A DNA stretch of 64,000 bases from an uncultured Planctomycetales bacterium (GCA_964487685.1 CAZASA010000001.1:2855-66854); one strand, 5' to 3'; shown: positions 39,433-47,915, numbered from the stretch's first letter. Numbers and translations: made by a program. The notes: generated by a model not told the origin, from the sequence alone.

Positions 39433-40635
39433 TTGATCGTTAAGCCAAGAATACGTGGCTATATCTGTACAACTGCGCATCCGGCTGGATGTGCTGCCCA
39501 CGTTGCCCAACAGATTGAACATGTTGTCTCACAAGGCCCCATCTCCAATGGCCCCAAGAAAGTTTTAGTGATCGGGGCGTCTACCGGATACGGCTTGGCC
39601 TCGCGCATCACCGCGGCCTTTGCCTGTGGGGCAGCGACTATCGGTGTATTTTTTGAAAAGTCCGCGGAAGTCGATCGCACGGCTACCGCCGGCTGGTATA
39701 ATACCGCGGCTTTTGAAACTGCCGCCCGTAAAGCACGGCTTTACGCCAAAAGTTTTAATGGGGACGCCTTTTCTGATGATATGCGCCGGGCTGTTTGTAC
39801 AGCTATCAAGAAAGATTTAGGCCAAGTCGATTGCGTGATTTATTCCCTGGCATCTCCCAGACGGGTCGATCCTAAAACAGGTGAAGTTTATAAGTCGATC
39901 CTTAAACCCAAGGGCAAGTCCTATACTAATAAAACCATCGATTTTGAGATCAATAAAGTTTTCGAGGTGACCCTTGAACCGGCCCAGGAAGAAGAGATCC
40001 GCCAGACCATCAAGGTCATGGGCGGCGAAGATTGGCAGCTTTGGATAGACGCACTGATGAAGGACGATCTCCTTGCTCCGGGCGCGCTTACTGTTGCGTA
40101 TTCTTACATCGGTCCTGAGGTGACAACGGCGGTTTACCGTAACGGCACCATCGGTGCTGCCAAGGACCATCTGGAAGCCACGGCCCATCAGTTAGACGAG
40201 CGTTTCAAAAAGTTCGGCGGGAGGGCAATGATTTCAGTTAATAAAGCATTGGTCACGCAAAGCTCATCAGCCATTCCGTATATGCCGCTGTATTTTGTGT
40301 TGCTGATGAAGGTGATGAAAGCCAAAGGCGTGCATGAAGATTGCATCCATCAAATGTACCGTCTTTTTGATTCACGCCTCTTCAACGGGATATCGTTAGA
40401 CCAGATCGTTACAGACAACAAGGGCCGCATACGTATTGATGATTGTGAAATGTGCTGGGATATCCAGCGTCAGGTCGCCAAACTTTGGGAGACCGTATCC
40501 AGTGAAAATATCCTACAAATTGGCGATGTAAAAGGTTATAATAATGACTTCTTAAAGCTTTTCGGTTTTGGTTTACATGGTGTTGATTACGAAGCAGATG
40601 TCCCCACTGTTGTTCCTATCGACGGCCTCTCGTAG
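39433..40635 (+). CDS. fabV: Trans-2-enoyl-CoA/ACP reductase (NADH), FabV/Ter family
   Basis: TTG start. RGYICTTAHPAGC and VLVIGASTGYGLASRI. 400 aa. Confidence 0.85.
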   Translation: MIVKPRIRGYICTTAHPAGCAAHVAQQIEHVVSQGPISNGPKKVLVIGASTGYGLASRITAAFACGAATIGVFFEKSAEVDRTATAGWYNTAAFETAARKARLYAKSFNGDAFSDDMRRAVCTAIKKDLGQVDCVIYSLASPRRVDPKTGEVYKSILKPKGKSYTNKTIDFEINKVFEVTLEPAQEEEIRQTIKVMGGEDWQLWIDALMKDDLLAPGALTVAYSYIGPEVTTAVYRNGTIGAAKDHLEATAHQLDERFKKFGGRAMISVNKALVTQSSSAIPYMPLYFVLLMKVMKAKGVHEDCIHQMYRLFDSRLFNGISLDQIVTDNKGRIRIDDCEMCWDIQRQVAKLWETVSSENILQIGDVKGYNNDFLKLFGFGLHGVDYEADVPTVVPIDGLS

Positions 40636-40780
40636 TGAAAGTGTCGGGACTTTTTTATGGATTTCAATGCTTTAGCTCATCTGAGATCCAATATCTAAAA
40701 TTAAAATTTATACGTATTACCTACTGTGATATGACGGAATAGTATTTATTTTTCCAGAATATCCGATCAATGGAGGAGTA

Positions 40781-41935
40781 ATGATAGACTATTTGCTGAC
40801 TGAAGAACAGATCATGGTCCGCGACATGGCCCGCCAGATCACCGATGAGAAGATCCGTCCTGTTTCGGCTGAATATGACCGGTCAGAAAAATTTCCCTGG
40901 GATATCATGAAGGATATCGCCAAATCAGACCTTTTTGGTGTCTATATAGAAGAGAAGTATGGCGGAATGGGTGGGGGCATTTTGGAATTATGCCTGGTGA
41001 CAGAAGAGTTCTCCAAAGGGTGTGCAGGGATCGCGATCTGTTATTCCGCATCAGCATTGGGGACCTATCCTATTATTTTGGCCGGCAACGACCAACAGAA
41101 GCAAAAGTATCTTCCGGCCATAGCCAAGGGAGAGAAATTGGCCGCCTTCGGCCTCACTGAACCTGCGGCAGGTTCGGACGCCAGTGCTCTTCAAACAACG
41201 GCGGTTAAAAACGGCGATCATTATGTCCTTAACGGGCTTAAACATTTTATCACTAACGGCGGCGATGCGGACATCTATACGGTCGTTGCGATGACCGATA
41301 AATCCAGAGGGGCGAGAGGGGCGAGCATTTTTGTCGTTGAAAAAGGCACGCCGGGCTTCACTTTTGGTAAGAAGGAAGACAAGATGGGGATCCGCGCCTC
41401 TTCCACCAGTGAATTGATCTTTAATGATTGTAAGGTCCCGGTAGAAAATCTTATCGGCAGGGAAGGGATGGGTTTTATCAATGCGATGAGGACCTTTGAT
41501 ATGTCCCGGCCCGGAATTGGCGCTCAAGCCGTTGGTATTGCGCAGGGCGCCTTGGATGAAGCTCTCAAGTATGCCAAACAAAGAAAACAATTTGATAAAC
41601 CCATTTCCAGTTTTCAGGGTATTCAATGGATGCTGGCGGATATGGCCACCGAAACAGAAGCAGCCCGGGCCCTGGTTTATGCCTCAGCAAGGGAAGTGGC
41701 TGCCGGAGTGAAAGATGTCGGTGTGCATTCGGCCATGGCTAAGATGTATGCCTCGGATGTGGCGATGAAGGTCACGACCAACGCGGTGCAGATCTGCGGC
41801 GGCTATGGCTATATGAAAGAATATCCTGTTGAGAAATATATGCGTGATGCCAAGATAACCCAGATCTATGAAGGGACTAATCAGATCCAGCGTAATATCA
41901 TCGGCATGGGTTTGATCAGAGAAAGCTCTAAATGA
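40781..41935 (+). CDS. Short-chain acyl-CoA dehydrogenase (butyryl-CoA dehydrogenase-like)
   Basis: 384 aa. FGLTEPAAGSDA and YEGTNQIQR motifs. GGAGG RBS at 40772-40776. Confidence 0.85.
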   Translation: MIDYLLTEEQIMVRDMARQITDEKIRPVSAEYDRSEKFPWDIMKDIAKSDLFGVYIEEKYGGMGGGILELCLVTEEFSKGCAGIAICYSASALGTYPIILAGNDQQKQKYLPAIAKGEKLAAFGLTEPAAGSDASALQTTAVKNGDHYVLNGLKHFITNGGDADIYTVVAMTDKSRGARGASIFVVEKGTPGFTFGKKEDKMGIRASSTSELIFNDCKVPVENLIGREGMGFINAMRTFDMSRPGIGAQAVGIAQGALDEALKYAKQRKQFDKPISSFQGIQWMLADMATETEAARALVYASAREVAAGVKDVGVHSAMAKMYASDVAMKVTTNAVQICGGYGYMKEYPVEKYMRDAKITQIYEGTNQIQRNIIGMGLIRESSK

Positions 41936-42708
41936 ACATCATTGTCTGCATAAAACAAGTTCCTGATACTAATGATATCAAGATCGATCCTGCCGCCAAG
42001 AGGCTCGTTCGTGAAGGGGTCAAGACCATGATCAACCCCTTTGATATGTATGCTATAGAAGAGGCTTTGCGCCTTAAAGAGAAGCTCGGCGGGAAAGTGA
42101 TAGCCATGACGATGGGGCCAGCTCAGGCAGAATCAGCTTTAAGAGAAGCTATTTCTTTGGGCTGCGATGAAGCCATTCTTTTGAGCGATCTTGCATTTGC
42201 AGGGTCTGATGCCTTGGCCACCAGTTATGCCTTATCCCAAGCGATCAGAAAGATCGGGCAATTTGATATGATCTTTGCCGGGAAACAGTCCCTGGACGGG
42301 GACACAGCCCAAGTGGGCCCTGGGATCGCCGCTATTTTAGATATTCCTCAAATCATTAACGTTAGAAAGATACAAGAGATCAAGGAAGGCCAGATCATTG
42401 CTGAACGCATGACTGAATATGGATATGAAGTTTTGCAAGCACCGCTTCCATGTCTTATGACCGTTGTCAAGGACATCAATATGCCGCGCCTTCCGTCTTT
42501 AAAAGGTAAGATGAAAGCCAAGAGTACTCAGGTCACTGTTTGGAAAGCTGCTGATATTGGCGCTGAGGAGGCCCGCATTGGGTCTAAGGGTTCTGGCACA
42601 GACGTCTGGAAGATCGTGATACCACCGGCCAGACCACAAGGAAAGATTTTTGAAGGTGAAGGAGCTGTTGATCAACTTGTTGATACTCTTAAAGGATTGA
42701 TCAAATGA
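41932..42708 (+). CDS. etfB: Electron transfer flavoprotein beta subunit
   Basis: MNIIVCIKQVPD and GKQSLDGDTAQVGPGIAA. Confidence 0.9.
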   Translation: MNIIVCIKQVPDTNDIKIDPAAKRLVREGVKTMINPFDMYAIEEALRLKEKLGGKVIAMTMGPAQAESALREAISLGCDEAILLSDLAFAGSDALATSYALSQAIRKIGQFDMIFAGKQSLDGDTAQVGPGIAAILDIPQIINVRKIQEIKEGQIIAERMTEYGYEVLQAPLPCLMTVVKDINMPRLPSLKGKMKAKSTQVTVWKAADIGAEEARIGSKGSGTDVWKIVIPPARPQGKIFEGEGAVDQLVDTLKGLIK

Positions 42709-43709
42709 GTGAAATTCTTGAATATAAAGGCGTTTGGGTTTTGGTTGAGCAACGGCGCGGTGTCATCCAACCTGTCACTTACGAATTATTAGGGAAAGCC
42801 AGGGAATTGGCGGATTCGCTTGGGGTCGAGGTGTCTTGCCTGTTGATGGGATTTAAAGTCAAAGACAAAGCCCAGGAATTGATCCATCGCCAAGCGGATA
42901 AAGTTTATGTTGTTGACGATTCCAGGATTGAATATTTGCTCGAAGAGCCCTATACGCGTATAGCCGCTGATTTGATCAACAAGTATCGCCCGGAGATCCT
43001 GCTTTGTCCGGCGACAACGCTCAGCAGATCCTTAGCCGCAAGGCTCGCGGCCAACTTAAATGTAGGCCTTACATCTGATTGCACTGGCCTTGATATTAAT
43101 CCTGAAGACCGCTGCCTCCTGCAGACGAAACCGGCTTTCGGCGGAACTGTCATGACGACGATCATTTCAAAAAACCATCGGCCGCAGATGGCCACGGTCA
43201 GGCAAAAAGCCATGAAAGAGGCTGTTGCTGACCCGCAGTACCAAGGGGAGGTTGAGGTCTTGGAATTGGATGCGTCATTTTTTGCATCAAGGGCCAAGGT
43301 TTTGGAAGTTGTTGATGAGGCTGCGACCAGCATCAATATTTCGGATGCCAATGTGATCGTTTCCGGCGGACGGGGAATGGTAAAGGCCGAGAATTTTAAA
43401 ATGCTTGAAGAACTGGCCAAGATGCTAAATGGTGCGGTTGGCGCCTCTCGAGCCGCGGTTGACGAGCAATGGATCCCTTATTCCCATCAGGTGGGCCAGA
43501 CAGGCAAAACAGTTTGCCCTAAACTTTATATTGCCTGTGGTATTTCCGGCCAGATCCAGCATCTGGTGGGGATGCAGACTTCGGATATTATTATCGCGAT
43601 CAATAAAGACCCGTCCGCTCCGATCTTTAAGATCGCCAATTATGGGATTGTCGGTGATCTTTTTGAAATAGTACCTCAATTGACAAAACGATTGGGGGAC
43701 AAGAGCTGA
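42705..43709 (+). CDS. etfA: Electron transfer flavoprotein alpha subunit
   Basis: VWVLVEQRRG, VSGGRG and GASRAAVDEQW...QVGQTGKTVCPKLYIACGISGQIQH. Confidence 0.9.
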   Translation: MSEILEYKGVWVLVEQRRGVIQPVTYELLGKARELADSLGVEVSCLLMGFKVKDKAQELIHRQADKVYVVDDSRIEYLLEEPYTRIAADLINKYRPEILLCPATTLSRSLAARLAANLNVGLTSDCTGLDINPEDRCLLQTKPAFGGTVMTTIISKNHRPQMATVRQKAMKEAVADPQYQGEVEVLELDASFFASRAKVLEVVDEAATSINISDANVIVSGGRGMVKAENFKMLEELAKMLNGAVGASRAAVDEQWIPYSHQVGQTGKTVCPKLYIACGISGQIQHLVGMQTSDIIIAINKDPSAPIFKIANYGIVGDLFEIVPQLTKRLGDKS

Positions 43710-45352
43710 TGAGTAATGACAATTTGATCGAGACAGATGTTCTGGTTATTGGCGGCGGACCTTCGGGTCTTGCCTTTGCCATTCATTACGCCGACCTAAT
43801 TAAAAAACAAAATCTTCCTTTAAAAGTCATGGTCCTTGAAAAGGGCGCATCAGTGGGCAATCATACCCTTTCAGGGGCTGTGATGAATTTAAAGAATATC
43901 GGAGAGCTTCTGCCGGGCGTTGATCTAAAGACTATCCCATCGTCCACGGAGGTCAAAGAAGAAGATATCCTGTTTTTAACAAAGAAGAATGCTTTTGCCC
44001 TGCCTTTTCATCCCAAGGAAATGTCCAATAAAGGCAATCATATCCTATCATTGGGGGCCTTGGTCCGTTGGCTTGGAGGTATTGCCGAACAAAAGGGTGT
44101 TGAAATATTCGCCGGAGTTGCAGGGCATGAACTGATCTTTGAGAAAGGCAATCTAGTCGGTGTGTTTACAGGGGCCTCCGGGCTCGACCATGAGGGAAAG
44201 CCCAAGTCCAATTACCAGCCTCCCACTGAGGTCAGGGCCAAGATCATTGTCCTGGCTGAAGGCGCCCGCGGCCATTTAACGAAAAAATTGATCGAAGAAT
44301 ATGATCTGGCCAAGGATAAAAATCCACAGGTTTATTCATTGGGGATCAAAGAACTTTGGCAGGTTCCCGAAGGCGCTTTTGGTGAAGGACAAATTATCCA
44401 TACCCTTGGCTATCCTCTAGGTGCCGACCAATTTGGAGGCGGGTTTGTTTATGGTTTAAGCAAGACAGAGGTAGTCATCGGTTTTTGTTCCGGCCTTGAT
44501 TATTCAGATCCCGGCTTTGATCCTCATCGTGCCCTTCAACTATACAAGACACATCCCAGCATTGCCAAGATCATCACTAACGGCAAACTGCTCAAGTATG
44601 GGGCAAAGAACATTCCTGAGGGCGGATTGTATTCTCTGCCACAGCTGTTTGGTAATAATTTTATGATCGTCGGGGATTCTGCGGGTTTTGTTGCCATGCC
44701 CAGTTTAAAAGGGATACATATTGGTATCAAGGCGGCTATGACTGCGGCCCAGGCGGCTGTTGAAGCCATCAAAAAACACGATACATCAAAAGATTCATTG
44801 CGCCTTTATGAAGAATTATTCAAGGAAACACCTGAGTATCGTGAGTTGTACGCTTCCCGGAATTTCCGTCAATGTTTCACTTCTAATTTATATTTCGGTT
44901 TCATCAAGTTCGGTATCAATCAATTGACCGCGGGGCGGGGGATTTCATTAAGCGGTAGATCACCGCTCAAGGCTGATCACCAGCATTGCCGTCCGGCATT
45001 AAAGGGCAATCGTATATTGCCATTTGTTTTTGACAACAAGATAACTTTTGATAAAGAAGCGGATGTGTTTTATTCCGGGACCAAACACGACGAGGAACAA
45101 CCTTGCCATATCCTCATATCAAGTCCAGAAACCTGTGCTATTTGTATCGAGCAATTTGAAGCGCCATGCCAGCATTTTTGTCCTGCCAAGGTTTTTGAAT
45201 TAAGCCAGGACTTTCAAAGCCATAAACGCAAGATCGTTTTACATCCCTCGAATTGCATTCACTGCAAAACATGCGACATCAAAGACCCTTTCCAAAACGT
45301 GACGTGGGTGCCGCCCTATGGTGCCGACGGCCCGCAGTATGACAATATGTAA
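43709..45352 (+). CDS. Electron transfer flavoprotein:quinone oxidoreductase (ETF-QO)
   Basis: VLVIGGGPSGLA FAD motif. C-terminal 4Fe-4S region CPAKVFEL...NCIHCKTCDIKDP...PPYGADGPQY. Confidence 0.85.
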   Translation: MSNDNLIETDVLVIGGGPSGLAFAIHYADLIKKQNLPLKVMVLEKGASVGNHTLSGAVMNLKNIGELLPGVDLKTIPSSTEVKEEDILFLTKKNAFALPFHPKEMSNKGNHILSLGALVRWLGGIAEQKGVEIFAGVAGHELIFEKGNLVGVFTGASGLDHEGKPKSNYQPPTEVRAKIIVLAEGARGHLTKKLIEEYDLAKDKNPQVYSLGIKELWQVPEGAFGEGQIIHTLGYPLGADQFGGGFVYGLSKTEVVIGFCSGLDYSDPGFDPHRALQLYKTHPSIAKIITNGKLLKYGAKNIPEGGLYSLPQLFGNNFMIVGDSAGFVAMPSLKGIHIGIKAAMTAAQAAVEAIKKHDTSKDSLRLYEELFKETPEYRELYASRNFRQCFTSNLYFGFIKFGINQLTAGRGISLSGRSPLKADHQHCRPALKGNRILPFVFDNKITFDKEADVFYSGTKHDEEQPCHILISSPETCAICIEQFEAPCQHFCPAKVFELSQDFQSHKRKIVLHPSNCIHCKTCDIKDPFQNVTWVPPYGADGPQYDNM

Positions 45353-45357
45353 GTTCG

Positions 45358-45481
45358 ACGAGTATTCGGTCCTCAAATATTTAATTCAATGTGCCACGTT
45401 CTTTTAAGGAGCGGGGAGAGGGTTCAAGCACACGGTGCTAACATTTGATGGACAAGTGCCACCGTTCATCGGTTGGCAGCA
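45358..45481 (+). repeat. 124-bp direct repeat, copy A (contains a duplicated fragment of the pilin-like gene 3' end at 45404-45481)
   Basis: Aligned by eye to 46383-46506 at offset 1025. Identical except 45367 C versus 46392 T. Confidence 0.9.
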
Positions 45482-45485
45482 CTAA

Positions 45486-46178
45486 CTAAAGTCGTGACAG
45501 GCACGACTTTTTTGGTCTTCCAATGATCTGAGGAGTAAGAGTACAGCCATATTTTTTTTCAAGACTGGTAATATATTCATTTGAACCAAAAACATATCCT
45601 TTGTTTGTTGCTTGTCGGATGATATCAATTTCTTGGGCGGATTGTTTTTGATTTAAGAATTCTTTCCAATTATCTGCAGTAACATAGGGTCTAATATTTG
45701 ATAAATGGATAATATTATATTCTTTACCCAAGTGAAAATTAGCGCTGGACCAAGGGTAATCCCAGGCATATTTTACTAAATTGGCTCTTACAGGATTGCA
45801 TTCAACATATTTGATAGCTGCAGGAATATGACTACCTTCAAGCAAGCATGAATAGAACCGTTCTTGCCATAAGTGACCATGGATTCCATTTTTCTTATGG
45901 TAATATAAGGAATATTGCTGATGGGCCCGGCAAAAAATTTGCGCTAGTGATTCTTGTCGCTGGGGCTTGATAATAAAGTGAATATGGTTGGTCATCAAAC
46001 AAAATGCATACAGGTCATTGTAATATTTTTTAGCATAATGATCGATAAGTTTTAGATAATAGGCTCGATCTTGTTGATCTTGGAAGACGTTTTGGCGGTA
46101 GTTACCGCGTTGGGTAACATGGTGTAAATGTCCAGGCAGGACAAAACGGGCTTGTCTAGGCATAGTAGTCTCAGTCAA
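45486..46178 (-). CDS. REP-associated tyrosine transposase (IS200-like Y1/HUH family)
   Basis: LPGHLHHVTQRGN, the HUH motif in LMTNHIHFII, and YVECNPVRANLV (catalytic Tyr region). 230 aa. Confidence 0.8.
   Translation of the reverse strand: MTETTMPRQARFVLPGHLHHVTQRGNYRQNVFQDQQDRAYYLKLIDHYAKKYYNDLYAFCLMTNHIHFIIKPQRQESLAQIFCRAHQQYSLYYHKKNGIHGHLWQERFYSCLLEGSHIPAAIKYVECNPVRANLVKYAWDYPWSSANFHLGKEYNIIHLSNIRPYVTADNWKEFLNQKQSAQEIDIIRQATNKGYVFGSNEYITSLEKKYGCTLTPQIIGRPKKSCLSRL
45488..45510. repeat. REP-like hairpin (AAAGTCGTG-ACAGG-CACGACTTT), left copy
   Basis: 9-bp perfect stem. Exact reverse complement of the units at 46297-46319 and 46357-46379. Overlaps the last codons of the transposase. Confidence 0.85.
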
Positions 46179-46274
46179 TTATTTGGGGGAAGTATAAAGA
46201 TATACTACAAACATTGTATTATGAAACTATAGGGGCGAATAAAATTATAAAACAGACTATTTAAATGTCAATCA

Positions 46275-46380
46275 CTGATTTAATGTTGAGAAGCAAAAAG
46301 TCGTGCCTGTCACGACTTTCTTCACGACTTTCTTCTGATTTAATGTTGAGAAGCAAAAAGTCGTGCCTGTCACGACTTTC
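46275..46380 (+). repeat. Two identical 46-bp direct repeats (46275-46320, 46335-46380), each ending in a REP-like hairpin (46297-46319, 46357-46379)
   Basis: CTGATTTAATGTTGAGAAGCAAAAAGTCGTGCCTGTCACGACTTTC occurs twice, separated by TTCACGACTTTCTT, which repeats the hairpin's right arm. Confidence 0.9.
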
Positions 46381-46382
46381 TA

Positions 46383-46506
46383 ACGAGTATTTGGTCCTCA
46401 AATATTTAATTCAATGTGCCACGTTCTTTTAAGGAGCGGGGAGAGGGTTCAAGCACACGGTGCTAACATTTGATGGACAAGTGCCACCGTTCATCGGTTG
46501 GCAGCA
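46383..46506 (+). repeat. 124-bp direct repeat, copy B (overlaps the real 3' end of the pilin-like gene)
   Basis: See copy A. 123 of 124 positions are identical. Confidence 0.9.
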
Positions 46507-46953
46507 AGGGTTGGTCGAAATTCCGTTAATGGAGGTTTCCGTGGGCAGAGAAGTATTTAAAAGCAATAAATAGTGATAGGGAGGGCCATTTCTATACGCT
46601 AAAAGGACCAAATAAGGGATTGGATGCTGGGGGGTAGAGGACATCATCCCAAACTGATAAAAAAAGTCGTTTTCATTTAAATTTAAAGACAGGGTTTTAT
46701 TGATATTAGCAATGCTTTGGTCATCGATGCTACAGGGAGGAGTGTCTGGCTGATATACTGCGAAACTGCAGCCCGTTTTGAAATAGTAATTCTTCTCCGC
46801 AGCGTATATGTTTAATAAACTATTAACGCCTTCCGTGGCTCTTGCCTGTTCAAGGTAATTATAATAATTGGGAAGGAAGATTGTCGCCAAGACCCCTATG
46901 ATGATCATGACAACAAGGACCTCTACCAAGGTAAAACCTTTTTTATTGGACAT
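46429..46953 (-). CDS. Prepilin-type N-terminal cleavage/methylation domain protein (type IV pilin/pseudopilin-like)
   Basis: The ATG at 46953 gives MSNKKGFTLVEVLVVMIIIGVLA. An AAGGGG RBS lies upstream. Cys-rich C-terminus. Confidence 0.8.
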   Translation of the reverse strand: MSNKKGFTLVEVLVVMIIIGVLATIFLPNYYNYLEQARATEGVNSLLNIYAAEKNYYFKTGCSFAVYQPDTPPCSIDDQSIANINKTLSLNLNENDFFYQFGMMSSTPQHPIPYLVLLAYRNGPPYHYLLLLNTSLPTETSINGISTNPCCQPMNGGTCPSNVSTVCLNPLPAP

Positions 46954-47029
46954 ACAGCATTCCCCTTTATTAAGATATAGCACGTTAGTCAGTGGAAATC
47001 AATTCCTAACATAACCAGGAAGGGATAAC

Positions 47030-47356
47030 ATGGTTGAAAAATTTTTTACGCCTAAAGAAGCTAATGAGAGTTTACCCCTTGTAAAGAAAATAGTGGATGA
47101 GATCTTGCTTAATGCCAGGCAGGCTCCCGGGAATGTGGAGCGCATCAAGTTCTTAATGAACCAGCTTGAGGATATGGGTTGTTTTTATAAGGATTGGAAT
47201 TTTGAGATTGGGTTGGTCGATTTTCCGGCCATTATTCACGGACAGCAAGCCCTGCTTTGCTGGCGATCGGATGAACCACAGGTGGAATGGTTCCACGGGT
47301 ATGAAGACGGCTACGCCGGCCGGCGGCGGGTGACGCGGGAGCTCATCTTTTCATGA
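47030..47356 (+). CDS. DUF2203-like small protein
   Basis: FTPKEANESLPLVKKIV ... GLVDFPAIIHGQQALLCWRSDEPQVEWFHGYEDGYAGRR matches my memory of the DUF2203 pattern. Confidence 0.55.
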   Translation: MVEKFFTPKEANESLPLVKKIVDEILLNARQAPGNVERIKFLMNQLEDMGCFYKDWNFEIGLVDFPAIIHGQQALLCWRSDEPQVEWFHGYEDGYAGRRRVTRELIFS

Positions 47357-47913
47357 ACAAAAAACGCTGCAGCTGGTGCACCGAAGATCTTCTTTACATT
47401 GAATATCATGACAAAGAATGGGGCAGGCCTGTCCATGATGACCGTTTATTGTTCGAATTCTTGATCCTGGAAGGCGCGCAGGCCGGTTTAAGCTGGCTTA
47501 CGGTATTAAGAAAAAGAGAGAACTACAGGAAAGCTTTTGACCATTTTGACCCGGCCAAGATCGCCCGTTATAATGATAAAAAAGTCAAAGAGCTTTTAAG
47601 CAATGAAGGCATTATCCGCAACCGCCTGAAGATCGCTTCGGCCGTCAGGAATGCTAAAGCTTTTTTAGACGTGCAGAAAGAGTTCGGCAGTTTTGACAAA
47701 TACATATGGCAATTTGTCGATGGTAAACCTCAGAAGAACCGTATCGCTGACATCAAAGAGCTGCCTGCCACTTCCCCCAGGTCTGATGCTATGAGCCAGG
47801 ACCTTAAAAAAAGGGGATTTAATTTTGTAGGATCCACGATTTGTTACGCCTTCATGCAAGCAGTAGGAATGGTGAACGACCATTTGATCGATTGTCATTC
47901 CTATAAAAGATAA
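47353..47913 (+). CDS. tag: DNA-3-methyladenine glycosylase I
   Basis: CSWC...YHDKEWGRPVHDDRLLFEFLILEGAQAGLSW. Confidence 0.9.
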   Translation: MNKKRCSWCTEDLLYIEYHDKEWGRPVHDDRLLFEFLILEGAQAGLSWLTVLRKRENYRKAFDHFDPAKIARYNDKKVKELLSNEGIIRNRLKIASAVRNAKAFLDVQKEFGSFDKYIWQFVDGKPQKNRIADIKELPATSPRSDAMSQDLKKRGFNFVGSTICYAFMQAVGMVNDHLIDCHSYKR

Positions 47914-47915
47914 CT

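Larger units (their letters stand above)
45482..46382 (-). mobile_element. RAYT/REP unit (Y1 HUH transposase gene plus flanking inverted REP-like hairpins) bracketed by the 124-bp direct repeats
   Basis: Transposase ORF with one hairpin on its left and two inverted copies on its right, all lying between the two direct-repeat copies. Confidence 0.7.

Noticed and set aside
40636-40763. Possible intrinsic terminator after fabV (AAAGT-GTCGGG-ACTTT followed by a T-run, about 40640-40660). Also an imperfect inverted repeat upstream of the acyl-CoA dehydrogenase gene (GATATGACGGAA 40728-40739 / TTCCAGAATATC 40752-40763) as a candidate operator.
   Set aside because: The terminator stem is only 5 AU-rich base pairs. 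The inverted repeat matches at 9 of 12 positions and I recognise no known regulator motif in it. Both are too weak to call without transcript data.
41051-41626. Long antisense ORFs inside well-supported genes: this one (191 aa) opposite the acyl-CoA dehydrogenase, and similarly 42950-43420, 38411-38839, 35987-36361, 24952-25296 and 55048-55503.
   Set aside because: They lie fully within, or overlap the start of, genes with clear family motifs on the other strand. They show low-complexity or odd composition and no recognisable motifs, as is typical of shadow ORFs.
46275-46380. Direct repeats with a short spacer, superficially CRISPR-like.
   Set aside because: There are only two 46-bp copies. 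The 14-nt spacer is itself a partial repeat of the hairpin arm. No cas genes are present. The repeats are inverted copies of the hairpin beside a RAYT transposase, so they are REP elements and not a CRISPR array.
46265-46432. Small unlisted ORF (55 codons) spanning the tandem REP repeats and repeat copy B (MSITDLMLRSKKSCLSRLSSRL…).
   Set aside because: Its sequence is dictated entirely by the repeats. The same KKSCLSRL peptide appears at the transposase C-terminus only because the hairpin is palindromic. There is no RBS or independent support.
46974-47002. Candidate minus-strand promoter for the pilin-like gene (TTGATT, 17 nt spacer, TATATC when read on the minus strand).
   Set aside because: It would place the transcription start practically on top of the RBS (46962-46967). 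The -10 element is imperfect. It is not reported as a feature.
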